DNA from: an uncultured Gemmatimonadales bacterium
GTDB lineage: Bacteria > Gemmatimonadota > Gemmatimonadetes > Gemmatimonadales > GWC2-71-9
Direction: 5' to 3'
Assembly: GCA_963748035.1 (NCBI GenBank)
Contig: CAVVHO010000004.1
Span: 477,331-541,330, forward strand
Length of the DNA stretch: 64,000 bases
The notes under the pieces were generated by a model. That model worked only from the letters and a program-made list of their open reading frames with translations. It was not told the origin of the DNA and searched no databases. This document shows, one piece after another, positions 10,661 through 20,312 of the stretch. The position numbers were made by a program, and so were the translations under genes. How positions within the stretch are numbered: the stretch's first letter is position 1; each line of letters begins with the position of its first letter.

Positions 10661-11755
10661 ATGCGAACCCTGTCCGCCCCGACCGCCCCGACCGCCCTGA
10701 CCGCCTCGACCGTCCTGACCGCCCCGACCGCCTTGACCGCCCTGACCGCCCTGACCGCCTTGACCGCCGCCGCGGCTCTCGCCCAAGGCCCCGGCACGCC
10801 TGCGGTCGAAGGCCGGATCACCAGTCTCGACCCGCGCTTCGGTCGTCTGATTGCGCGGGACGCCAAGCTTGAAGTAGTGGTCCGGGACCACGACTGGGTT
10901 GAGGGCCCGCTATGGGACCCGAGCACCCGGTGTCTCCTGTATTCCGACATCCCGCGCAATGCGATCTACCGCTGGTGTGAACGCAAGGGCGACGAGCTCT
11001 TCCTCAAGCCCAGCGGCTACACCGGCCTCAAGCCATTCTTGGGGAAGGAGCCAGGTTCCAACGGACTCGCCTTCGGTCTGGACGGTCGGCTCATCATGGC
11101 GCAGCACGGCGATCGGCGGATCAGCCGAATTGACGCGGGTGGCCGAAGGGTCACGCTGGCGGATCGGTTCGAGGGAAAGCGGCTCAACAGTCCCAACGAT
11201 GTGATCGTCGCCTCGAACGGCGATCTGCTGTTCACCGATCCGCCCTGGGGGCTGCAGTTTGGAGGGGACGATCCAGCCAGGGAACTCGACTTCAGTGGCG
11301 TGTTCCGGCTTACGCCGCGCGGTGTGCTGACGGTACTCACCCACGACCTCGAGGCGCCCAACGGCATCGCCCTCTCTCCTGACGAGACTCGGCTCTACGT
11401 GAGCGAGTCCAAACCGGAACTCGCCGCCTGGTATGTCTTCGATGTCGCCCCCAATGGCACGCTGACCAAGAAGCGCCGGCTGCTCGATGCGCTGCCCTGG
11501 GCCGCGGCTCGGCAGGGCGCCCCCGACGGGCTCAAAGTTGATGATTCGGGGAACATCTTCGCGGCCGGACCCGGTGGCGTCTACGTGATCGATCCCGGAG
11601 GACCCCTCGTCCCCGCCGGGACCCTGCTCGGGGTCATCGAGACGGGGGTTGCCACGTCCAACACCGCATGGGGCGGCGACGGGACCATCCTCTATATCAC
11701 TGCTGGCACTCGGATCTTCCGGATCAAGACGACGACCCGGGGAGCGGGGTGGTGA
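10661..11755 (+). CDS. SMP-30/gluconolactonase/LRE-family lactonase (secreted)
   Basis: Intact 364-aa ORF with WVEGPLWDPSTRCLLYSDIPRNAIYRW, GSNGLAFGLDGRLIMAQHGDRRISRI, RFEGKRLNSPNDVIVASNGDLLFTDPPWGL and APNGIALSPDE. Confidence 0.85.
   Translation: MRTLSAPTAPTALTASTVLTAPTALTALTALTALTAAAALAQGPGTPAVEGRITSLDPRFGRLIARDAKLEVVVRDHDWVEGPLWDPSTRCLLYSDIPRNAIYRWCERKGDELFLKPSGYTGLKPFLGKEPGSNGLAFGLDGRLIMAQHGDRRISRIDAGGRRVTLADRFEGKRLNSPNDVIVASNGDLLFTDPPWGLQFGGDDPARELDFSGVFRLTPRGVLTVLTHDLEAPNGIALSPDETRLYVSESKPELAAWYVFDVAPNGTLTKKRRLLDALPWAAARQGAPDGLKVDDSGNIFAAGPGGVYVIDPGGPLVPAGTLLGVIETGVATSNTAWGGDGTILYITAGTRIFRIKTTTRGAGW
10675..10777 (+). repeat. 9-bp tandem repeat (about 11 units, CYGACCGCC) inside the signal-peptide region of the lactonase gene
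   Basis: Direct reading gives ccgaccgcc ccgaccgcc ctgaccgcc tcgaccgtc ctgaccgcc ccgaccgcc ttgaccgcc ctgaccgcc ctgaccgcc ttgaccgcc. This encodes (P/L)TA repeats. Confidence 0.9.
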
Positions 11756-11761
11756 CGGGCC

Positions 11762-12188
11762 GGCGGTCCGACGGCCGAGGTTCTGTCATTGCGAGGCAAC
11801 GCTTGTCCCGAGCGAAGCGAGGACAAGCGGCCGAAGCAATCTTTGGTCGTGGCGCGCGATAGACCCATGACCCATGACCCACGACCCGTGACGCATGACC
11901 CACGACCCACGACTCACGACCCCCCGGTGTCACTTCAGTGACATCTGCCGAGCTGCGAGTCTCGCGGCATGCCGAGCTGGGCAAACGGCTCACCACGGAA
12001 ACACGGAAATCACGGGAACAAACACGGAACAGAGTTCCGTGCACTCTCCGTGCATTCCGTGCTTCCGTGGTGAATGGTTTAGGGAGTGAGGAGTAAGGAG
12101 TAAGGAGTGAGGAGTGGCCCGAAGGCGGCCTCATTCTGGGCCGCGGCTTCAGTCGCGACGGTGGCTCTATCCGTGTCCTCCGTGGTGA
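11762..12188. repeat. modular intergenic mosaic element (copy 1)
   Basis: Module order:
- CTGTCATTGCGAG..CGAAGCAATC (11783-11841)
- (CATGACCC/CACGACCC)n (11864-11921)
- palindrome GGTGTCACTTCAGTGACATC (11926-11945)
- long hairpin CACCACGGAAACACGGAAA...TTCCGTGCTTCCGTGGTG (11991-12072)
- (GAGGAGTR)n (12081-12116). Confidence 0.85.
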
Positions 12189-12292
12189 ATTGCTTCAAGC
12201 AGTTAGGAGTGAGGAAGCCTGTCGTTCTGAGAGAGAAGTGACCGTAGCCACCCCGTCTTGCTCATCCCTCCCACGCGCGCCAAAGGCCCTGT

Positions 12293-12925
12293 ATGTTTTC
12301 GCCAATGCCCGCCAATGCCGAGGAGGAATCCACGACGCTTGTGCAGGACCTGCTCCAGCCGGGGATGGTCCGCGATGCCGCGATCACTCGGCTGCATGCA
12401 CTACTCCTCCGGGTGGCACGGGCGGAGGCCGGCCGGCGCCGACTCACGACTGCCCGACCGGGTGGTCGAGGAAGTCGACGACCTCTGCGTGCAGGCGGCC
12501 AACGACGCGGTGATGAACATCCTGAGGAAGCTGGACGACTTCCGCGGCGCGGCGCGCTTCACAACCTGGGCGTGCAAGTTCGTGATCTTCGAGATCTCCA
12601 CTCGACTGCGGCGCCACGCCTGGCGGCAGCACGGGGCTCGAAGGACCACGAGGTGTGGGGCCAGCTGGCCGATCGGCGCCCCTCCGCGCTGGGAACGTGG
12701 AGAATCAGGAGCTGGTGGAGGCGCTCCAGCGCGCCGTCCAGGATCGGCTGACCGATCATCAGCGCGACCGTCTTCCAGGCCGCGGCTATTGACGAGGTCC
12801 CGATCGACGTGCTGGCCGAGCGGTTCGACAGTTCCCGCGGGGCCATTTATAAGACCCTGCACGACGCTCGCCGCAAACTTCGAGTGGCGCTCACCGACGC
12901 CGGATACGCGGAGCATCTGGCATGA
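12293..12925 (+). CDS. ECF-type RNA polymerase sigma-70 family factor (frameshifted here)
   Basis: Reconstructed from three frames. Region 2 reads VDDLCVQAANDAVMNILRKLDDFRGAARFTTWACKFVIFEISTRLRR. Region 4 reads LTDHQRTVFQAAAIDEVPIDVLAERFDSSRGAIYKTLHDARRKLRVAL, ending TGA at 12923-12925. There are at least two frame changes. Confidence 0.7.
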
Positions 12926-13153
12926 CCAGGCCGCCGATCGAGCAATTGCGTGGCACGGTCGATCGAGACCCGGGCGTGATGCCGCCTTCGGGTATTGGAT
13001 CAATACGTCGAGGCGGTGCGACGTGGTGAGGATCCCCGTCTCCGCTACCCCGAGTTGGTGACCCACATCCGGCACTGTGCCGCCTGCCGGGAGGACACCG
13101 AGGGGCTGCTGGCCACCCTCGACCTCCTCGACCAGCCCCCCTCGCTGACGTAA
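12922..13153 (+). CDS. small zf-HC2-type anti-sigma factor, copy 1 (frameshifted here)
   Basis: ATG at 12922 overlaps the sigma-factor stop (ATGA). After frame correction it reads DPG.DAAFG.LDQYVEAVRRGEDPRLRYPELVTHIRHCAACREDTEGLLATLDLLDQPPSLT*, with an H-x3-C-x2-C motif. Confidence 0.55.
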
Positions 13154-13246
13154 GAACCCGGCGGCCGCGGCCACTAACTCGTATGGCCGTGTCTCCACCT
13201 CCCAACCCCGTCCCCGGCAGGTACGTGACGGATCGCCCTCTGACCG

Positions 13247-13458
13247 ATGGCTCGGGTCGGGCGTCCCGACCCCGGGTGCGAAGGCGCATTCGAGGTGCTG
13301 GACCAGTATGTCGAGGCCTCCGTCGCAGGGCATGGATGTCGACGCTCCGTTATCCCGACTTCGTCACCCACATCCGCAACTGCGCCGCCTGCCGGGAAGA
13401 CACCGAGGGACTGCTGGCCGCGCTCAACGATCTGGAGCAGCTGCCCCCCGGCAAGTAA
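13247..13458 (+). CDS. small zf-HC2-type anti-sigma factor, copy 2 (tandem paralog, frameshifted here)
   Basis: DPGCEGAFEVLDQYVEASVAG (track ORF 13247..) continues in another frame as LRYPDFVTHIRNCAACREDTEGLLAALNDLEQLPPGK* (track ORF ..13458). It is near-colinear with copy 1. Confidence 0.5.
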
Positions 13459-13560
13459 GATCTTCGCCGCCGCCGCCACTAACGGGAGTAACAGATTCCG
13501 AGGGGCGGCTAGGCCGAAACGCCGGGCGCCCCTCCCGCCATCACTTCCAGGAGGGGTATC

Positions 13561-14603
13561 ATGATCCACCTCGTCACAGTTCCCACCAGTCGCCATGCGT
13601 CATTCTGTCGGTCATCGCCACCGCCACGCTCGCTCTGAACGGCTGCGGCCGCGGTACCCGGCCGTGCCTGTCGACCGCCCCGCGACGTCTCGAGGTGACA
13701 GCTCCACGCAGGATTCGATGCTCCGCCGCCGGCAGCAGCGCCATCAGCTACCGCTCGGCCAAGATCGAGGGGCTCAACGTCTTCTATCGCGAAGCGGGCG
13801 ATCCCCGGAACCCGACGATCGTGCTGCTGGGCGGGTTTCCGTCCTCGTCTCACATGTTCCGCGACCTGATGCCCGTAGCTCGCCGGCAAGTTCCACCTGA
13901 TCGCGCCTGACTACCCGGGTTTCGGCAACACCGACCTCCCCGACCCGGCGGTCTTCGAGTATTCGTTCGATCATCTTTCGTCGATCACCGAGCAGCTGTT
14001 GAGCAGCTTCACGTCACCCGCGCCGGTTTCTACCTGCAGGACTACGGCGGCCCGATCGGCAACCGCATCCTGGCTCGGCACCCGGAGTGGCTGCAGTGGC
14101 AGATCATCCAGAACGGCAACGCCTATGAGGAAGGGTTCACCGGGGTGTGGGACGCCCTGCGGGGCGCCCTCTGGAAGAACCGCAGCCCGGAGACCGAGGC
14201 GCCGCTCGAAGGGTTCCTCGAACTCGCGGGTGTCAAGCAGATCTACCTGACCGGCTCCCCGGACCCGGCCAGGATCAGCCCCGACGCCTGGAACTCGGAT
14301 CTGTTCTTCCTGGCACGGCCCGGGGCCCATCGCGCGAACCTCGATCTGCTGTACGACTACCGCAAGAACGTGCCGCTCTATCCCACGTGGCAGAAGTTCC
14401 TGCGGGACCACCGGCCGCCGACGCTGATCGTCTGGGGCAAGGGCGACGTGTTCTTCACCCAGGCCGGCGCCACGGCGTACCTGCGTGACCTGCCCGATGC
14501 CGAGCTGCATTTCCTGGATGGCGGGCACTTCGTCCTGGAGGATCACGCCGCGGAGGTCGCTGGGCTGATCACCAGCTTCTATGGCAGGAAGGTCGCGAAG
14601 TAG
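13561..14603 (+). CDS. alpha/beta-fold hydrolase (epoxide-hydrolase/haloalkane-dehalogenase-like), lipoprotein signal; several frameshifts here
   Basis: Lipobox LALNGC, then IEGLNVFYREAGDPRNPTIVLLGGFPSSSHMFRDLMP | LAGKFHLIAPDYPGFGNTD ... FYLQDYGGPIGNRILARHPEWL ... TLIVWGKGDVFF...LHFLDGGHFVLEDHAAEVAGLI. These pieces lie across track ORFs 13308..13910 and 14145..14603 and unlisted frames. Confidence 0.75.
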
Positions 14604-14656
14604 CTGGGTCCACGATGGGGCGGCCTTCGGATTCGCGGAGGGCCGCCCCGGGGATG

Positions 14657-15079
14657 TTAGCTGTTCCGCCAACCGGGGGTCGTGACGTCGCGGGGGTCGA
14701 AGTGGTTTTCCTGCTCCACGATCTTCCCGGCGGTGTTAACGACAAACCGGTCGGCGACCCGGAGCGTGGCCCGCGGATTGGTGGTGTAGATGTCGGCTTC
14801 GGTGATGATCGCCGTGAGATCCTCGTTGTAATAATGGGCAATCACCTTTACTCCCCATAGCAGCGGCAGCAATGGCGGCCACCAGGTGGTTCGCAGAGCC
14901 TCCTTACCCATCAAGGGGAAGTGCCGGCCACCAGGGGCGATGGGGGCCCGGAACACGACATTCTGGTCGTAGGGAATTGCCTCGAAGTCCTTCTGATCCA
15001 ACCCGTCGAAAAACGCCTCGGCCGCTCCACGCAGCTGAGCTTTCCGCTCAGCAACCGAGCCTTCCTCTCCCTTGCGCAT
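14657..15079 (-). CDS. NTF2-fold (SnoaL-like) protein
   Basis: Internal ATG at 15079 preceded by GAAGGAGAG. About 140 aa, with AEAFFDGLDQKDFEAIPYDQNVVFRAPI... typical of SnoaL/NTF2-like small proteins. Family assignment is from memory only. Confidence 0.5.
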   Translation of the reverse strand: MRKGEEGSVAERKAQLRGAAEAFFDGLDQKDFEAIPYDQNVVFRAPIAPGGRHFPLMGKEALRTTWWPPLLPLLWGVKVIAHYYNEDLTAIITEADIYTTNPRATLRVADRFVVNTAGKIVEQENHFDPRDVTTPGWRNS

Positions 15080-15228
15080 CAAGCTCTCCTTCTGCGGTAA
15101 GATATGAGCCGAGCCCGCCACCAACACAATAACACGAAGCGGGGCTGACCAGGGCTTCCGGCAGACGGCCTCGACTCCGAGCGACTCCGAATGGAGCAAG
15201 CAGATCGTATTCCTGAGGGAGATGGATC

Positions 15229-15880
15229 ATGCTGCGGATCGCGGGTTTGTGGCGCTACCCGGTCAAGACGCTGGCAGGTGAGCCGTTGGAAGCGACAGAG
15301 TTGACCACTGCCGGTATCCTGGGGGATCGCCTGGTTCACGTCCGCGGCCCCGAAGGGGTACGCACCTCGCGCAGGCATCATCGCCTGCTTGGTCTCCGCG
15401 GAACTCTTGGGGCCGACGGCCAGCCGCTGGTGAACGGCCACCCTTGGCAAGGCACGGAGGCGCTCGCGCTGGTAAAGGAGGCGGCCGGCTCGGACGCCTG
15501 GCTGGCATCCCACGACGGGCTCGAAAGATTCGACATCCTACCGTTGCTGGTCGCGACCGACGGCGCCGTCGCCGCGTTTGGACGGGATATCCGCCGCTTG
15601 CGCCCGAATGTTCTGGTCGGTGGAGTCGGATGGAATGGATGAAGTGAACTGGGAGGGGGCCGAGCTTCATGCCGGTAATGTGGTCGTGCGCCTGGATTCA
15701 CTCCGTGCCCGATGCCCGATGACCACTGTGGATCCGGATACACTGGTCCGGGATCCGGAGGTACTCCGCGACATTGGCCGCCGCTTCGGTGGCCGGCTGG
15801 CGCTCAACGCCGAGGTCCTTCGCCCCGGCCATTGCCGTATTGGGGACATGGTGGATCTCGTGAGGGTCGCCAAAGCGTGA
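15229..15880 (+). CDS. MOSC-domain protein (one frameshift here)
   Basis: MLRIAGLWRYPVKTLAGEPL...IRRLRPNVLVGGV | DGMDEVNWEGAELHAGNVVVRLDSLRARCPMTTVDPDT (track ORFs 15229..15642 and 15578..15880). An extra G lies near 15628. Confidence 0.75.
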
Positions 15881-15980
15881 GAGGGGAACCGATCGTTGGT
15901 TCGGTCCGCGTGGTTCGGTATCTTGCCCAAGGTCCATCACTGCCCCGTGCCTTCTCCGGCCCACGGAATCCCCGCTGCGG

Positions 15981-16560
15981 ATGTCATCCCGACTGCTTCC
16001 GATTGCTCGCGCCATCTGCCGCCACCTGCGTCATGTTGCCATGCGGGCCCGTCGCACCAGCTACGGCCCGGTCGACGCTGCACTTGGAGCCTGGTACGAG
16101 CTCGTCGATGGGTTCAACGGGCTCGAGTTGAGCGAGAACGCCATTCTGCTCGGTTTCGCTGTTGTCATCGGCTTGGCTGGCTCGTTCGGTGTCGTAGGCT
16201 TCTACAAACTGATTGACCTGGCACACACCGCCTTCTTCGAGTGGCCGGAATCGGTGTTGCCCAGTCTCGGGAGACTAGCGTATCGGCCGCTTACCACAGG
16301 CGTCGGCGCGGTGCTCGCCTGGTGGACCATGCGGCGGTTCGTTCAGGGCAAGGATGGGCTCACTGTCCCCGACGTCCAGCTCGCGGTCGTGCGCCGGCAG
16401 GGAGAGATCCCGGCGGGGCCGGCGCTGATGCGCCCCGCAGCGAGCGCCATCACCATCGGCAGTGGTGGATCGGCGGGGAGCGAAGGGCCGGTCGCGGTGT
16501 TCGGCGCGATGGTTGCCTCGCGGCTCGGACGCGCCTTTCGCTTCTCCGGATCTCGGCGGG
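15981..16560 (+). pseudogene. truncated N-terminal fragment of a ClC chloride-channel gene
   Basis: AILLGFAVVIGLAGSFGVVGFYKLIDL...ITIGSGGSAGSEGPVAVFGAMVASRLGRAF. The ClC GSGGSxGxEGP motif is present, but the frame degenerates after about 16555. That is exactly where the convergent intact ClC gene ends. Confidence 0.6.
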
Positions 16561-16568
16561 ACAACCGA

Positions 16569-18022
16569 CTACGAGTCGTCACTGTCTTCCTGTCGTCGCC
16601 CGCGCGAGCGGCCGAGATTGTGTACCCGCTCCGTCAGCGTCCCCTTCCGGATTCGGACTTCGGCACGGTCGACATCGCCGATGGCGCCGCCTAGTGGGAC
16701 GTCCAGGCCGGCCGATTTGGAGAAACCGAGCTTCTGGCTCGCGTACACGCTGCGGTGTCCCACCATGAGAAAGGCGGTGGCCGCGGCAAGCGCGGCATAC
16801 ACCCCCTCCGAGGGCGGAAGCAGTTCCATCGCCATGACGGCCGCTGCTAACGGCGTATTCGCCGCGGCGGCGAGCACAGCCACGAACCCAAACGCCGCGA
16901 GCAGGCTGGGTGGGACCCCAAACACCGTGGCCAGCGCCGCCCCGCTGGTTGTCCCGATAAAGAAGATCGGCGTGACAATGCCGCCGCTGCCTCCTGTCTC
17001 GAGTGTAATCGCGGTCGCTGCGATCTTGAGGAGAAAGACGGCGCCGGTAACCTGAATTGTGCCGGCAAGGACTCCATTGATGGTGTCTGTGCCCAACCCG
17101 GCGTAGCGGTCACCGGCGAAGTGGTACAACACGACGAGGGCTGCGCCACCGGCCGCTGCCAGTAGATACGGGCGATTCTCAAATCGTCGTAGCGCCCGCT
17201 CGAGCCCGCGAAGCGACTCGATCAGCAGGAGAGCGACCAGGCCAAATACCGCCCCGGCCGCGAGACTGATAAGGATCATCCGCACCTGTGGCGTCCCCCG
17301 AAGGGATCCGCCAGGACAGGAAAGGGCGGGTGCACTCCACAGGCGAGGTGCCCCACGATGCCCGCAACGAGGGCGGGAAAGATCACCGTGTAGTCGAGAC
17401 GGCCCAGATAAAGCACCTCGATTCCAAACAACGCGCCCGAGACGGGCGTTCCGAAGACCGCCGCGAAGCCGGCACTGATCCCACAGATGACGAGGCGACG
17501 ACGGTCTTCATCGCCAAGGCGGAGAATGTCCGAGAACAGGCTCGTGAGGGCGGCACCAATCTGCGCCGCAGGGCCCTCCTTGCCGACCGACCCGCCAAAG
17601 GCAAGCGTCAGGACGGTTGCACCGAGCTTGACGGGCGCGATCAGCCAGTCGATGCGTCCTGACCGCTGATGGATGGCCGCGATGACCGCTTCGGTGCCGT
17701 GGCCCCGCGCTTCGGGGGCGAAGGTCCGGATAATCCATACACAGGCTGGGAGCGCTAACGGAAGGATCCAGAACGCCGGGAACGCACCCCTGGTGAGTGT
17801 GTGGACGCCCGCCGTCGAGCTGCCGAGGGCCCAGAGGAATCCCCGAGTCCCGAAGCCGACACAGATACCCGCTCCCGCACCGAGGAGCGCCCACTTGAGT
17901 GTGCTGATGAGAAGGGCGGTATGCTCGGTATACCAGTGGCTCTCGTCTGCCAGGCGTGGCGCATCGAGCTCGTCGGGAACGAACCGGAATCGGGTGAGGA
18001 ACTGCCGCAGACGCGAGGTCAT
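16569..18022 (-). CDS. voltage-gated ClC-type chloride channel (one frameshift here)
   Basis: Track ORFs 17276..18244 (internal ATG at 18022, MTSRLRQF; GHGTEAVIAAI, GGSVGKEGPAAQIGAAL, GISAGFAAVFGTPVSGALFGIEVLY) and 16569..17285 (LETGGSGGIVTPIFFIGTTSGAAL) form one gene. The junction is near 17280. Confidence 0.85.
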
Positions 18023-18384
18023 GGCGCGCGACCACCGGTCTCGGGAAAGCAGGCCCTGACACGGCCACTCGGCAGGTAGCCGATCATGGCACCGCCGATC
18101 GGGACGTCCATCAGGGTCCGCAAGGCTCCTCGCTGGATCGCGTTGGGACAATCCCCCGTCAGATCCACTCCCAGCACCTGGTGGCCAGTCGCTGACACCG
18201 GCGGTGCCGAGTCCACGGCGCCCGCGCCGAAGCGCGCACGCCATGAGAGCACCGTGAGGGCAAGGAAGCCGCGTGGTCGGCTGCTGCGGAGAGAAGTGAC
18301 CATCCGTCCGACCGTCGGGACCGCTTGCCAGAATAATACTTAGATATCAACATAATACCATCACCCTGACCTGAGACCCGCAGC

Positions 18385-18900
18385 ATGACCGCGACTCCAC
18401 GGAGCAGACGCCGGACTGGACGGGCCAAAGCGCAGTCCCTCCCCGATGAGGCCTCTGATATCGTCAACGGCTTGCGACGGATCGTTCGGGCCATCGAGTT
18501 GTATTCACAGGAAGTCTACAAGGGCTTTGGACTGACCGGCCCCCAACTCTGGGCCCTCAAGACCCTCAGCCGCCGCGGCACGCTCGCCACCACGGATCTT
18601 GCAACGGCGCTGGCGGTTCAACCCAGTACCCTCTCGGTGCTTGTGGACCGGCTGGAAAAGCGCGGGCTGGTCAGACGAAATAGGCCCCGGGAGGATCGAC
18701 GATTCGTCGAAATCACCCTCACGCCCCGTGGGACGGCCCTGGCAGCCCGCGCACCTGACCCGGCACAAGGGCGCCTGCTCCACGGCCTGAGGACCCGATC
18801 GCCCCGTGAGCTTCGCACGATCCGCACGTCGGTTGATCAACTGGTCGAAATGATGGAGGCGAGCCAGGTGGAGGCCCGCTTCTTCTTTTCCGACGACTGA
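18385..18900 (+). CDS. MarR-family transcriptional regulator
   Basis: Intact ORF. LTGPQLWALKTLSRRGTLATTDLATALAVQPSTLSVLVDRLEKRGLVRRNRPREDRRFVEITLTPRG is a winged-helix MarR core. It is divergent from the ClC gene across an AT-rich spacer containing TTAGATATCAA. Confidence 0.85.
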   Translation: MTATPRSRRRTGRAKAQSLPDEASDIVNGLRRIVRAIELYSQEVYKGFGLTGPQLWALKTLSRRGTLATTDLATALAVQPSTLSVLVDRLEKRGLVRRNRPREDRRFVEITLTPRGTALAARAPDPAQGRLLHGLRTRSPRELRTIRTSVDQLVEMMEASQVEARFFFSDD

Positions 18901-18943
18901 CCTTGTCAGGTCAGTCAGCCAACAACCAATTGAGGACCACCCC

Positions 18944-19381
18944 ATGCAAGTCGGAAGGCAACCGCAAGATGCGACGATCGGCATTTCCTTCGGAACAGCG
19001 TTCATCACTTGGCTTCCCGTCGCTCTGGGGATCATGCTGGGGACGATACTGCGCCTCGCCGTCTTTCTTCTCAACGGTAGCCAGGCCTTAGCCGCCGCGG
19101 GCAGTATTGCAGGGGCCGCCCTCGGCGCAGTGCTGGCCGTCTCATGGCTGCAGCGGTCGGAGGAGAGTTCGTCCTGGTGGGGCGTGCTGAAGCTCATCGC
19201 AACCTGGGTCGTGCTCAGCGCGGCGTTCCGGGCGGCGTGGCTCGGATTCGTGATCGGTAGTGGATGGAGCGGTGTCACAGGGGACTATGCACTCGAGGAT
19301 GGGCAACCGTGGCCGATCGTTCTCGGCCTCATTGCGGTGGCCCCACTCGCCTTGAGGTGGAGCGGGCGCAGGGGCGACTAG
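18944..19381 (+). CDS. hypothetical integral membrane protein
   Basis: Intact 145-aa ORF with four hydrophobic segments. No motif recognised. Confidence 0.5.
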   Translation: MQVGRQPQDATIGISFGTAFITWLPVALGIMLGTILRLAVFLLNGSQALAAAGSIAGAALGAVLAVSWLQRSEESSSWWGVLKLIATWVVLSAAFRAAWLGFVIGSGWSGVTGDYALEDGQPWPIVLGLIAVAPLALRWSGRRGD

Positions 19382-19410
19382 TCAATTGGCCATGCCCCAG
19401 AGTCGCGGAC

Positions 19411-19507
19411 GAGGAGTGAGGAGTGAGGAGTGAGGAGTAAGGAGTGAGGAGGGACTACCATCACGGTGAGTTCCTCCTCACTCCTCACTCCTTACTCCTC
19501 ACTTCTC
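19411..19507. repeat. octamer-array hairpin (GAGGAGTG)n / (CTCCTCAC)n between convergent genes; possible bidirectional terminator
   Basis: Left arm at 19411-19452 and right arm at 19473-19507 are reverse complements. The right arm abuts the stop of the minus-strand gene at 19508. Confidence 0.85.
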
Positions 19508-20182
19508 TTACGCCGCCGACTGACCCTTCTTGCCGCCCTCAACCAGCTTCGGCTTCGGATAGGGGAAGTTGCGGGCCGACATCCAGGCCGCGAACTCACG
19601 CGGCTGATCGGCGAACAGCGACCGGAAGATGCCATCGAACCGCTTGAGCAGCGCCATCACCTGTCTCGCCAGCGGCCGCAACTCCGCCCGGGCGCCCACG
19701 TGGAGCTGATGATTGTTGTGGACAATGATTTCTGCGGCGGCGAACTCCTCGATGGTCCGACCCATCCCAGCCACGAAGTCCTCCGGCATCTTGTCGCCGA
19801 TGAACACCGCCTTGTGCTCCTCGGCCAGGGTCATGACGGCGTGGGTCGCCCCGATATAGGCGGTCCGGTTACTGCCCTTCTTGGGGGCGCGAAACCGGCG
19901 CGCAATGGCCGGATCCAGCGCGGCATTACCGCGGGCGATCGCCGCGATGGGCAGCAGATACCGCCCATGCAGCACATCCAGCAACCGGGCCTTGTCCAGA
20001 TTGGCGGCGGCGGCCTCACGGTCTCCGGTCTCGCAGTCCGTGAGCACTACCCCGATCCGGGCCACTATCCCGCGCAGCTCATTGACCAGGGTGAGATGGC
20101 TCCCAATCAAGGCGATGTGCAGGTCGAGGAAGTCGAGCGACGATTTCCCCACTTCATAGGTATTGCTGATGCGGCCATTCAT
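19508..20182 (-). CDS. hypothetical protein (224 aa)
   Basis: Internal ATG at 20182 lies 7 nt after GGAAGGAG (MNGRISNTYEVGK...). The track ORF extends to 20305. No family recognised. Confidence 0.55.
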   Translation of the reverse strand: MNGRISNTYEVGKSSLDFLDLHIALIGSHLTLVNELRGIVARIGVVLTDCETGDREAAAANLDKARLLDVLHGRYLLPIAAIARGNAALDPAIARRFRAPKKGSNRTAYIGATHAVMTLAEEHKAVFIGDKMPEDFVAGMGRTIEEFAAAEIIVHNNHQLHVGARAELRPLARQVMALLKRFDGIFRSLFADQPREFAAWMSARNFPYPKPKLVEGGKKGQSAA

Positions 20183-20296
20183 ACGTAACTCCTTCCTGCC
20201 TTGGATCCCGGGCGCCGAACGGGGCGGTGCCGGTGAACTGCGAAGGGTTGGCCAGTCGGAGAATACCCCGTCCATTCCGCCGGCGAGGGCCCTTAT

Positions 20297-20312
20297 TGCC
20301 AGCATCGTGCCA
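20297..20312 (-). promoter_or_regulatory. candidate sigma-54 (-24/-12) promoter
   Basis: The reverse strand reads TGGCACGATGCTGGCA against consensus TGGCACG-N4-TTGCW, with correct GG-N10-GC spacing. It lies about 115 nt upstream of the ATG at 20182. Confidence 0.4.

Noticed and set aside
18300-18384. MarR operator at TTAGATATCAA in the ClC/MarR divergent spacer
   Set aside because: It is only a short imperfect palindrome in an AT-rich stretch, with no second half-site or repeat to support it.
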